From NCBI RefSeq assembly GCF_016433145.1, contig NC_058133.1, positions 521,031,630 through 521,095,504 of the forward strand: DNA of 63,875 bases, given 5' to 3'. The notes below the pieces were generated by a model, which saw only the letters and a program-made list of their open reading frames with translations, did not search any database and was not told the DNA's origin. Position 1 is the first letter of the stretch; the number at the start of each line of letters is the position of its first letter. Below are positions 11,301 through 23,300 of this stretch, in pieces. The translations under genes and the position numbers were made by a program. Source of the DNA: Gracilinanus agilis. Taxonomy: Eukaryota.

Positions 11301-14300
11301 GACCCCTTGTGCCTCCTTCTCTTCCTCCTGCCTTCTCTGTTGTATTCCGCTGGTCATCCGCAGCTTTCCTTCTTCTCTGCTCGCCCTCCGACAGTCAGGG
11401 CCTGCAGTGTTGGTCTTTGTTCCTGTCTTGTATCCTCTCCACCAGGCTGGCTGGCCTGCCTGATTGCCTTCCTCCTACACCCCAGGTCATTTCTGGCTTT
11501 GCTGTGTACAGTGTTGTGGTTCTGCTCACTTCTCTCTCCATCAGTTCATATGAATCTTCCCAGGTTTTTCTGAAACTTTTTTTCCTTCTTTTGTTTTTTT
11601 CTCAATTATTTGTGAAGTTGTTTTTTTCATATTCATTTTTTAAAAGTTGGGATTCCAAATTCTCTCCCTTCTTCCCTTACCTCCTCTCTCCTTGAGAAGG
11701 CAAGTAGTTGACTCTAGATCAGTGATGGGCAAACTACAACCTGCACGCCAGATGAGGGGCCCCCTGAAATGTTCTTTCGGGCCCCACGACATTATTAATC
11801 TGACATTCGAATACAATGAGTAGGATACAATATGATGAAACTTCGAAAGAGTTGCCTTAGAAACAGACTGACAGAGGAGCGTTTCCTTTCCTTTGGCCCC
11901 TCTTTCAAAAGTTTGCCCATCACTGCTCTAGATGATACATGTGCAGTCATGCAAAACATTTTTTCCATATGAGCCATGTTCCAAAAGAAAACAGATCCCT
12001 GCACCCCCCCCCCAAAAAAAAAACCCTCAAGAAAAATAAAGTGAAAAGAAATAGAATTTGATCTGCACTCCGAACTCTATCAGTTCTTTCTTTGGAGGGG
12101 GGAAGAGCATTTTTCATCCCGAGTCCTTTGGACTTGGCTTGGACCATTGCATTGATCAGAGTAACCAAGGCTTAATTTTTTTTTCTATGATCTTTCCATT
12201 AAAGGTAAGTTCAGTATATCTATAGACCACTTGTTGCCCACAGATCTCATGTTTGTAGTACTGTACTAGATTGAATATTTTAAATGGTTAAAAATTAAAC
12301 TCTGATTTCTAGCATCCTCTTTCACTGTCCGCTATTTCACTATCATAAAGGAAGACCATTCAAGAAGGAAAGTCCTTCTATAATTTTCTGTTTTTTTGAG
12401 GGGTGGAGATTGATGGAATGAGAGAATGCATAATTTAGGGACTAAACTACTGTTAATCGAATCAGCGTCTATTTGGTTAGTTGGGCCGATCTATGGATAA
12501 TAGAATTAGTCTGAGACCATAACCCTATTCAAAGCAAGGCTTAATTTTTTAAAAATTTCTTCTCAAAATTTTTATTTTTTCAGATACATCTAGAAACTAT
12601 TTTTGAAAATTGTTTTTTGGGGGCAGCTGGGTAGCTCAGTGGATGGAGAGTCAGGCCTAGAGACGGGAGGCCCTTGGTTCAAATCCAGCCTCAGACACTT
12701 CCCAGCTGGGTGACTCTGGGCATGTCACTTGACCCCCATTGCCTACCCTTACCAATCTTCTGCCTTGGAGCCAATACACAGTATTGACTCCAAGATGGAA
12801 AGTAAGGGATAAAAAAAGAAAATTGTTTTTTGACATTTTAGAATTCAAGTTTTTTTCCCTTCATACTCCTGCCCCCATGCCCACGGTGGTAGATGGTCTG
12901 ATATAGGTTATACCCTTACTTTTCTGGATTACATATTACTATATTGCTCATGTCATGATAGAAGGCACCCATCACACATACAATAGAAGTCTCAGGAAGG
13001 AAATATGGTGGATGATGTGCTTCAGACTCCAACAGGTCTTTCTTTGGCTGTAGGGAACATTTTTTTCATGAGTCCCTTGTGGTTATCATGGATACTTGTT
13101 TTGCTGATATTGGTTTAGTCTTCACAGTTCATCATTACAGAGTATTTCTGTTACTGTATACATTGTTTTCCTGGTTCTGCTTACTTCACTTTGTATCAGT
13201 TCATGTCTTTCCAGCTTTTTTCTGATCTCATCCCATTTATTGTTCCTTATGGCGTAATAGCATTCCATTACAACCCTATGCCACAACTTATTCATCCATT
13301 CCCCAAGTGATGGACCAGCCTTCAGTTTCCAATTCTTTGCCACTGCAAAAAAGCAGCTAAAAATATGGTGGTATAGGAAATCCTTTTTATTTATCTCTGA
13401 TCTCTGGGATACAAGCTCAGTAGCTAGGTCAAAGGGTTGGCACAGTTTGGTGGCCCTTTGAGCCTGGTTCCACATTGCTCTCCAGAATGATTGTATCAGT
13501 TCACAGTTCCACCAACAGTGTATTAGTGTCTCAGTTTCCTCACATCCCCTCCCACATTTATCATTTACTTTAATTTCCATTTTTCCTAATCAGTAGTGAT
13601 TTGGAGCATTTTTTTTATATGGCTATAGATAGTTTTAATTTCTTCCTTTGAGATCTGCCTATTCATATCTTTTGACCATTTTTCGGTTGAAGAATCTTTC
13701 TCTTATTCTTATAAATTTGATTCAGTTTTCTATATACTTGAGAAATGTGGCTTTTGTTAGAGATATTTGCTATGATATATTCTTCTAATCTTGGTTTTAT
13801 TTGTACAAACCTTTTTTAATTTAATGTAATCAAAATTAATCTGTTTCGCTTTTGGTAATGTTCTCTATTTGGTTATCAAGTCTTCCCTCATCTAAATAAA
13901 TCTGACAGGTAAATTTTTCCATATTCCCCTAATTTGTTTACGGTGTCACCTTTTATTTCTAGATCCAGTATCCATTTTGACTTTATCCTTGTGTATGGTA
14001 TGAGATATTGATCTATGCCTGACCTTTGCCATTTGGCTTTCCAGTTTTCCCAGCAGTTTTTGTCATATAGTGAGTTCTTTCCCCCAAAGCATGGATCTTT
14101 GGGTTTGTTGAACACTAACTTGCAATAGACTTTGAGTGCCATGTTTTGATTGCTTAATCTGTTCCATTGATCCACCACTCTATTTCTATTTGGTGCTTAC
14201 TGCTTTTTAGTATATTTTGACCCCTTTATATGGCCAGGCCTTCTTCCATATTTTTTTCATTAATTCTCTTATTTGGTCTTTTGTTCTTCCAGATGAACTT

Positions 14301-17300
14301 TTTTTTATTTTTTCTAGTTCAATGAAATATTTCTGTGTGGTTTGATTGGTGTGGCACTGTATAGGTAAATTAATTTAGGTTGGATTGCCATTTTTACTGT
14401 ATTGGCTCATTCTATCCATGAACAATTTGGCACATACTTGGGCAAAATAACTTTGAATAATTACTTTCATTTCTTTTTCATTAGCTGTAATTTTACCTTT
14501 TTATTTTTGAAAATTTGTATTTCTTTTTATTAAATCAGGTTAACCAATCATGTATCTATTTTATTTATATATTTCCACACTCTTATAAACACTTCATATG
14601 CTCTTAAACACTTTATACACTCTTAAACCTATGTAATTTTAACAAGAATCTTGTGATATAGCGAAAACTCTATGATATAGAATTTTTTTTTTAAATCCAC
14701 GATACAGTGAATCCTCCATAAGTGAACCATGATATAGCGAGCGATGACTGTATTCTATGCCTTCTGGACCTTTAATGTAGAAGCTGCTAGGTTCTGTGTA
14801 ATCCTATGTCTCCTTGATATTTGAATTGTTTCCCTCTGGTTTGTACTTTCTCCTTGGCCTGGAAATTATGGAATTTGGCTCTAATTGTCCTGGCATATTT
14901 TATTTTGGGATCTCTTTCAGGAGGCAATTGATGGATTCTCTCAATTTCTAATTTTCCCTCTTGTTTGAGGATATTAAGACAGTTTTCCCTGGTAATTTTT
15001 CTGTCCTTTTTTTTTTGATCATGGTCTTCCAGTATCCTGATGATTCTTCAGTGATCTCTCCTGGATCTATTTTCCAGATAAATTGTTTTTCCAGTGAGAT
15101 ATTTAAGATTTTCTTCTATTTTTTTGATTTTTTTGATTTTTTTGTCTTAGTGTTTTCTGATGTCTTATGGTTTCACCAGTTTCTATTTGTCCAATTTTAA
15201 TTTTTAGAGAGTTATTTTCTTCCTGGAGTTTTTGTGTCCCTTTTCCATTTGGCTAATCCTACTCTGATGAGTTGTTTTCTTCAGTGAAGGTTTTTTGTTT
15301 TGTTTTGTTTTTTGTTTTTAATTTTTGTTGGCCTCTTTCCATTTGGTCCATTTTATATGTTAGCAAGTTGTTTTTTTTTCAAAGTGTTTTTGTGCCTCTT
15401 TTTCCTTTTGGCCTAGTCTAGTTTTTAGGGAATTGATTTCTTCAATGAATTTTTTCCTCTGCTATTGTGTATTTCTGTTCATTAGCTTATAATTTGGTTT
15501 TTACTCTTCATTTTGAGTTCTTCCAGGGATTCTTTTGGGACCTGACATCCTTGAACCCTTTCCTTTGAGGCTTCACATGTTCCATTTTGGCATTGTTATC
15601 TTCTTCTGAGTTGGTATTTTAGTTTTTCTTGTCTAAAGTAACTTTCTACAGTCAGGGTTTTTTTTTTTCCCCCTCTTTTGCTCATTTTTCTAGCTTTTTT
15701 CTTTTCCACGTTATCCTGTTGAGGTTGTTCTGTGTTCCTGTTGGAGAGGATGCACTACTCCAAGCTTGCAGAATATTCTGGTACTTGGGGTAGAACTGAG
15801 TCCCCTTGTTCCCTGTATCTATCTGAGAGGAGGCCCTGCTGGCTTTCTCTGGCAAGGTTTGCAGTTATTTTGCCCAGCTTTATTGAGCACCCCATCCTAC
15901 TAGTTCCTTTGTTGTTTCATGGCCAATCTGGTCCCTACCCGTGCCAAGTGACCTGGACTCAGAAGTCCCCTGCTCTGGGCTCTGCTGCCTTAGGCCCTAT
16001 GCTGCCTCAGGAGAATATAGGGTTTCCTGCCTTCTACCTTTTCCAGCTGTACAGGGGGGCTGGGCTGGGCCCTTAACTGTTTTGCAGCTTTGTTGCCTCT
16101 ATCCCAGTTTTGGCATCCAAGTTCCACTGCTTCTTCACGTGTACTTCCTGGGCCATTCTCTCCTTGGGTTCTTCCAGCTTTCTTTTGTATGGAGACAATT
16201 CATTTTCATGTGTGTGTGCTCATGGATCATTTCTTCCACTCTTTTAGCTCCCAGTGTGCAGCCCCGTGGCCAGGCATCTCTTCCAGCACAGCTCTATACC
16301 CCATTCCCCTCAATTTGCAGTTGTTCGCCCTCATAAAAAGAGCCACTCTCATTATTTTTGGCTGGAATTTCTTTTCAGGTGTCAGCCTCCCTGGCTCGGA
16401 AGAAAGGCAAAAGTTTACATAAAGATGTCCTCATCTTTTGGCACAAGAAAAAGATAAGTGAGTCGCTTCTGTCTTTTTCTCCTCAATTCCATGCTGATGG
16501 GGAGTGGTTGCCCTGTGTCTCCTGCCCTTTGTTGCTGGTAATGGGTGAGAGTGATCTAGAGGGTGGCTCCCATTGTGCCCAGGGTGCTCAGTCCAAGGAG
16601 CTGACTGCCCAGGCCAGCCTTTGGTCTCCTCTATAATTTGCAGGCCGTGTTTTCGTGGCCAAGCATTGCTTTGCTCCTAATGAAAATGCTTGATTCTGGG
16701 GGAGCCCTTGACTTTAGAAACTCTTCATCTAAGCTGCTTTTCCTCAGGTCCCAGCAAGAAGGACTTTTCCCCAAAGGAGAAAAATTCAAATGACGGGGAA
16801 ACCATTCAGAGCTCTGAAGACCCTCCTTTCCAGCACTCACCACTGCGTAAACCTCTTCTGAGAGCTGCGGCCAGCAGCAGCCTTCTGAGCAAGAGGTAGG
16901 CCCAGCTGCCCTCAGCCTGTGAGCATTCCTGAGGACCTGTCTGTGATCACTTAGGGAAGGTCTGGGCCTGTCTTTGAGCTTAGAAGAAGTCAGGGAAATC
17001 CTTGGGTACTTACTCATTTGTGCAGGTGTTGTTTCTTCCCTATAAAATGTAGCCTTTCCAAAGCCAGTCCTAAAAGCCTAAGGTTTGGTAGAATCGGGGC
17101 AGCTACATGGCACAGTGGATAGAATACTGGGCCTAGAGTTGGGGGAGGGGGAGACCTGGGTTCAAGTCTCAGACTCTTCCAACCTTAGACTCTTCCTAGC
17201 TGTGTGACCCTGGACAAGTCACTTAACCCCCCTGCCTAGCCCTTACTGCTCTTCTGTCTCTGAATTGATACTAAGACAGAAGATAAGGAGTTAAAATAAG

Positions 17301-20300
17301 AGGACAAAAAAGCCTATTAGAGTTGACTCAGTGTCCAGCCTTGGCTCCAGGGGACCTCAGCTCCTGAAGCTTTCAGAACCTTTCTCCAGGTGCAGCCAAG
17401 TTGTGAATTCTTCTTTGTCTGCTCACTCCCCCTACATCAGCTTCTCATCCATTTGGGGGAAGCTTGTCTGCCCACAGCTACCAGTGATGATGAAATGGGA
17501 GCCCTGAACCCTCTCTCCTGCTAGAGCAGCTCCAGCCCCAACCTCAAAGATTGTAGCCTCTGCTTAAGCCCTCCCTGTTAAACTTAGAGGAAGCTGGGAA
17601 AGTAGGGAGCTGCTTGGCTCTGGGCTGGGCTGTGGACAGGCTCTTGGGAGCCCTTGCCAAGTGGCTCTAGGACCTCTGCCATGCCCTGAGGAGGCTTCAG
17701 AGTGTGCCTTTTGGACAGGGAAGAAAGGGCGTCATCCCAGGAAAGGAACCAAAACTTGTAGTGTCGTTGAGAGAACGGGACTAACGAGGGCTAGCCTGTG
17801 TGTTCACAAGCTCACGGGTTCTAAAGGGAGGCCACCAGGAGCATTTAGAGCAGGTCATAGGCAGGAACAGCACAGGGTGAACATCACAAAGCTGTCTGTG
17901 TCTGCAAGAAGGCAGGTCACCTCTGGTTTGATTCTTTGGGAGATAGTCTCCCCATTGAACCATTGAACATAACCAGCTTATACTGCTAAAGATCTTCTAG
18001 CTCAGTGATTCCCAAGGTGGGCGCCACCGCCCCCTGGTGGGTGCTGCAGCGATCCAGGGTGGGCGGCGATGGCCACAGGTGCATTTACTTTCCTATCAAT
18101 TGCTATTAAAATTTAAAAAGCATTAATTTCCAGGGCGCTAAGGAATATTTTTTCTGGAAAGGGGGCGGCAGGCCAAAAAAGATTGGGAACGCTGATGTAG
18201 CTAAAGGTGCGGCTGTGACCCAGCCATGCATACTGTTCTTTTTCCTAGTTCTCCGGTTAAGATATCAAGCCTTACCAAGTCTCTTCAGTTTGAAGGGGAG
18301 CCCTTTGATGCCGGGCCCGAGGCCCAGAGCTCAGACACCCTGGGCCTGACTGTGACCACCCTCAGCACCCTGATGGGTACGGTGGCCGAGACATCCGAGG
18401 AGAAGTACCGCCTCCTTGATCAGAGGGACAAAATCATGCGGCAAGGTGAGCTGTGGGTCCGGGGCACCGGTGGGGCCCCGCAGAGTTGGCTTGGCACCTT
18501 CTCTTAGCCCCTGTGATCTCCCAGTGTCTCTTGAGCTGAGGAATTCATTCACGAGATCTTTCTTGAGAAAGGACTGACTCCTCCTAAGGAGCTGTGGCTC
18601 TTCTTCTTCCTCTTCCCCTTTTCCTACCCTTGCCCTTTCTCTTTCCTCACTATTCCTCCATCTTAGAATCAATACTGTGCATTGGTTCCAGGGCAGACAA
18701 GCAGCCAGGGCTAGGCAATGGGAATTAAGTGTCTTGTCCAGGGTCACCCAGCTAGGTAATGTCTGAGACCAGATTTGAACCCAGGATCTTCCGTCTCTGG
18801 ACCTGACTAGATTCCTTTTCGTAGAACCTCCTAGCAGCATGTCTCTTGATGACAGTGAGCTAGGACTGAGAAGCTCTGGCATCACCCCGGAGTTTTCCGT
18901 GGAGCTGCCCAGGCTGATGGAAATGATAGCATTTCAGCTCTGGGGGGCAGAGCCTCTTTGGTTTTTGTCTTGGTGTGCCTGGCCCTATGCAGGGGATCCT
19001 TGGCTGGAGGCCTTTCAGCGGGTGTGAGTCAGTGGAGTATTATGGACTTTTCCTTTTCAGAAGCCATAGAGCATCAGAAAGGCATTTGATGCCCCATCCA
19101 TAAAGAGAAGTGGAAAAGTAGGGGGCTGCTGGGCCCCCTGAAGGAGAGGGAGGCATCCCCCTTACTGATGAGCTCCTCTTAAAAGGAAACTCCCCCATAG
19201 CTGCCCCCTGATTGAGATTTGCCACAAGCCAGGTTTGGGGAAAGGGCCTGGTCCATACTTGGACTGATGGAATGCCATCCAACTGAGTTCTAGTTCTCAC
19301 CTAACAGGAGAGGTTCCTAAACTTTCTCGACTGATGGTGCTGGGCCCTGAACCCTGGGCCTTAACTCAGGGTGGCCCAAGTTCAAATTCAGCTTCAGACA
19401 CTTCCCAGCCACGTGATCTTAGGCTGGTCATTTATCCTCTCTCTGGCTTAGTTTCCTCAGCTATAAAGTGCACATAAAATTAGCCCCCATCTTGTAGGGT
19501 TTCTGTGAGGATCAAGTGAGGCAAAATTGTAAAGCACTTGGCATACATCAGGCTCAAAGTCCATGCACACTCACTTCTCTCCTCCCCTTCCTTTCTTCCC
19601 TCAAGAAGAAAGATTTTTGTGGTAAAGCTGGGGGCTGACATTTTGCCTGGAGTTGCCCAGGTGGTCATATTCATTTCGAGGCACCGATGCCCTCAGGACG
19701 GAGGCCGTGGAATCCCAGGGTGCTTATAACTGCACTGGAATTCCGATTGTCTCCCCAAACTGTCCTCCTTGCCCGAGCCTGAGGGCAGCTTCCTTAGTGG
19801 CTCATAGTGTCTCCTTTAAAATTTGTCTCAGCAGATGCTTGCCCAGCCCCTGTGGTGTCTGTGGTCAGCAGGGCCCTTGGGGTGGGGGGGCGTTTCCTTT
19901 TGGTCTTGGGTTCTTCTAGGCCAGCACTGATTCCTTCTCTTTGACGTTCAGCTCGTGTCAAAAGGACAGATCTGGATAAGGCGAAAGCCTTTGTCGGGAC
20001 CTGCCCAGATATGTGCCCCGAGAAAGAACGGTACATGAGAGAGACCAGGAATCAGCTGAGCTCTTTCGAAGTGATCCCCGGGACGGATCAGGTAAGGCAG
20101 GAGTGCCCGGGGACCCCTGCCCTCACTGGCCAGGCCCACTTGCCTTGATTTCTCCTCGTGGCTTTTCTTCACATTGTCTTCCCATGGCTCTGAGGGTCGC
20201 TCTTGGGCTTGACCTGCTACTCATTCGTATGGGTGTGCTGTGAACAGAAGACATCCCTGGGCCTGCCCATCCTGGGGTGCTCTACTGCGAGTCTTCCCGT

Positions 20301-23300
20301 GAAGTTTGCCCAGGGTGTGTGGGCTCCTGGGCAGCATTCTTCTGGTCTCTCCCAAGAGCCACTGCTGCCCTCTCTGGCTGTGGGCTGCTCATACTCGTAT
20401 TATGTTTGGGGAATTTCAATTCCAGAAAGCTCACATTCCATCACTGGCAGCTAAACCTGCCATTACCAGAAGGCTGGAGGTTTTGGGGGGGTCAGTGGGG
20501 AGGCAGCTGCCTATCCCTGGAAGACCCGCTCAGCTCCTCTGTGTAATCCAGCCTGCTTGCTTCCTCCTCTTGGGTCCTGAGCCCATTTCAGTGTCTGATT
20601 GCTCACTGCCGCCAGCCCTGGCATTCTCCTGGTGGCAGCATGTACTTGTGGCCACAAGTCTTGGGGATAAGGAGAGCCTGAGCTGCAGGGGGCTCAGCCG
20701 CAAGGGAAAGCTGCTTAGTGGTGTAATAGGCCGTGGCCTGAGGCCAGCACGTTCAGGCATCATCAGGGGCTTGAAAAGCTGCAGAAGGAAGCAGGTCAGT
20801 CGCATAGGGACAGGGAGGCTGGATGGACAGAGATACAGCCAGAGTGCAGCGACGGCTCTTTATGAGATGCTAACAACCAGCTTGAGGCCCCTGCTCCATG
20901 ATACAGTTCTTGGAGGGAAGCCTCATGGGAAGACAAGCCCAGGGGTCAGCAGCTGAGAAATCAGGGGCTGGGCTGGACCCATTGCAGGCTAGCCCACTAG
21001 AAAAGCCCCCCAGAGAGCCCCCATCTAAGTCATTCTGGGATCAGAAAAGCCAGATGGAGAACAGTAGTCAGCTGACAGGGCTGATGGAAGTATGAAGATA
21101 ATTCTCTGGCCTCTGTGCTGACGTGGCCGTGAGAAGGCAGGGCATTATGTTTGGTGCCTAATGCCTAGCTGGCAACTGCTGTGTGGGCCTGTTGGCAAGT
21201 GCCCCACGGGGTGCCCTGTGGATGGTGGTGGTGGNNNNNNNNNNNNNNNNNNNNNNNNNNNNNNNNNNNNNNNNNNNNNNNNNNNNNNNNNNNNNNNNNN
21301 NNNNNNNNNNNNNNNNNNNNNNNNNNNNNNNNNNNNNNNNNNNNNNNNNNNNNNNNNNNNNNNNNNNNNNNNNNNNNNNNNNNNNNNNNNNNNNNNNNNN
21401 NNNNNNNNNNNNNNNNNNNNNNNNNNNNNNNNNNNNNNNNNNNNNNNNNNNNNNNNNNNNNNNNNNNNNNNNNCTTCCTTCCTTCCTTCCTTCCTTCCTT
21501 CCTTCCTTCCTTCCTTCCTTCCTTCCTTCCTTCCTTCCTTCCTTCCCTTCCTTTCTCCCTCCCTCTCCTCTTCTTTCCTCNNNNNNNNNNNNNNNNNNNN
21601 NNNNNNNNNNNNNNNNNNNNNNNNNNNNNNNNNNNNNNNNNNNNNNNNNNNNNNNNNNNNNNNNNNNNNNNNNNNNNNNNNNNNNNNNNNNNNNNNNNNN
21701 NNNNNNNNNNNNNNNNNNNNNNNNNNNNNATCTAAGCATATGTCATGTGTCTCAAGTCACTACTCAGTCACCAAGTGGCTGCTGGCCTAGATTCCTCTAT
21801 CCTTGTCTGGGCATGGCCCTAAGCAAAGCGCTTTGACAGGGTCTCCGGGGCGGGTCTGTTTCTCCTTTGCTCCATTGTGTTCTCTGGGAATAATTTTGTG
21901 GTTGCGTCCCCAGGGAGGTGCAGCAGTTCAAACCCAAGGTCCGGAACTCTCCAGAGGTGAAGTTTGCAGTCCAGGCCTTTGCAGCTCTTAACAGCAACAA
22001 CTTTGTGAGGTTCTTCAAGCTGGTCCGGGCAGCCTCCTACCTGAATGCTTGCCTCTTGCACTGCTACTTCAACCAGGTGGGTAGCGGGCTTAGAGCTGTG
22101 GTGGTAGGGCTAAAGGGCAGCCAGGGATGCGGTTGGAAGCGGAGATGGCTCTCAGAGAAGCTGCTTTCTCTGGGCCTCAGCTTCCCTGTCTGTAAGGTGA
22201 AGGGGTGGGGTCAGACCAGAGGCATTAAGTTCTGCAGGCGAACCAGATTAAAGTATAATCAGGAAACATTTGGCAAAATAAATGGAACCATGATGCTCCT
22301 TGGATATGGTCAGCTGGTGGGTTTTAGGCCAACTGGTAGTAATGGGTAGAGTGCTGGGCCTGGAGTCAAGGAGATTGGAATTTGGCTCCAGACATGGCCT
22401 CTCTGTATGACCCTGGGCAAGTCACTTCTTCACTTCCATTTGCCTCCATTTCCTCATCTATAAAATGGGGATTGTGAGAGTACTTAGCAGCTAGGATTGG
22501 GGTAAGGACCAATGAGTGCTTAGCACCGGGCCTGCTGTGGCTATGCACCATGGAAGCATTAGAGTTTATTATTGGTGCTTATTAATCAGGACACAGTTTT
22601 CTAGTGGAGTTTGGTGTTCTCGCAGAATTATCTACCAGATTTCTTGTGAACTAAGGCCCAGGGTGCTCATTCACTGCTTTGTTTCAAAGCTGTCTGGCTC
22701 TGCGTTTGTTGATGATGGGAGTTTTCCACAGAGTGGGCAGCACTTTCTTTTTAAAATCTCAGCTCCCAGACTCTCTTGGGCTTAGAATCTGTAAGTCAGA
22801 TTTTTACCTCTAAAACACCAAAAGAAAACAGACTGGGAGACCCTTTTGAGCAAAGAGCTGGCTTTATGGGAAGCAGAAAAAATCTTGGAGGCCAGAGGTG
22901 TCTGCAGGATCCCCACTTTCCAGTCTAAGACCCTCAAGTGCAGAATGCACATTCTTACCATGTCATGTTTATCCTCAACTGTCACCAGACCGCCCTTTTG
23001 TCTCTTAACTTCATATGTGAATTGGTTTTGTAAGGGTTAAAAATTAAAGGTTGGACTAAATGTATAAAAATGTGGCCGCCGAAAATATATTACTCAAGTC
23101 AGAATGACTTTTTATGGTAGTTTATTTACAAAAAGGAGAAAGAGTGAAAATAGGGTAATGAGAGAGAGAGAGTAGATAATTACTCTGGCCTGGTTCGAAC
23201 CAGGCAGATCTTCAGAGGCTCCAGCAAAGGGAGACCAAGCAGTAAACTAAACAAGGGTTCCAGCCACGAGGGCTTCTCCAAAAGGGGGGGCCTCTCCAGG

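Noticed and set aside
12620-12700. tRNA-like A/B boxes
   Set aside because: These are SINE heads, not tRNA genes; no cloverleaf tRNA, rRNA or CRISPR array was found in the window.
21158-21836. ORFs with EGRK or LPSF repeats
   Set aside because: Artefacts of translating N runs and the (CCTT)n microsatellite.
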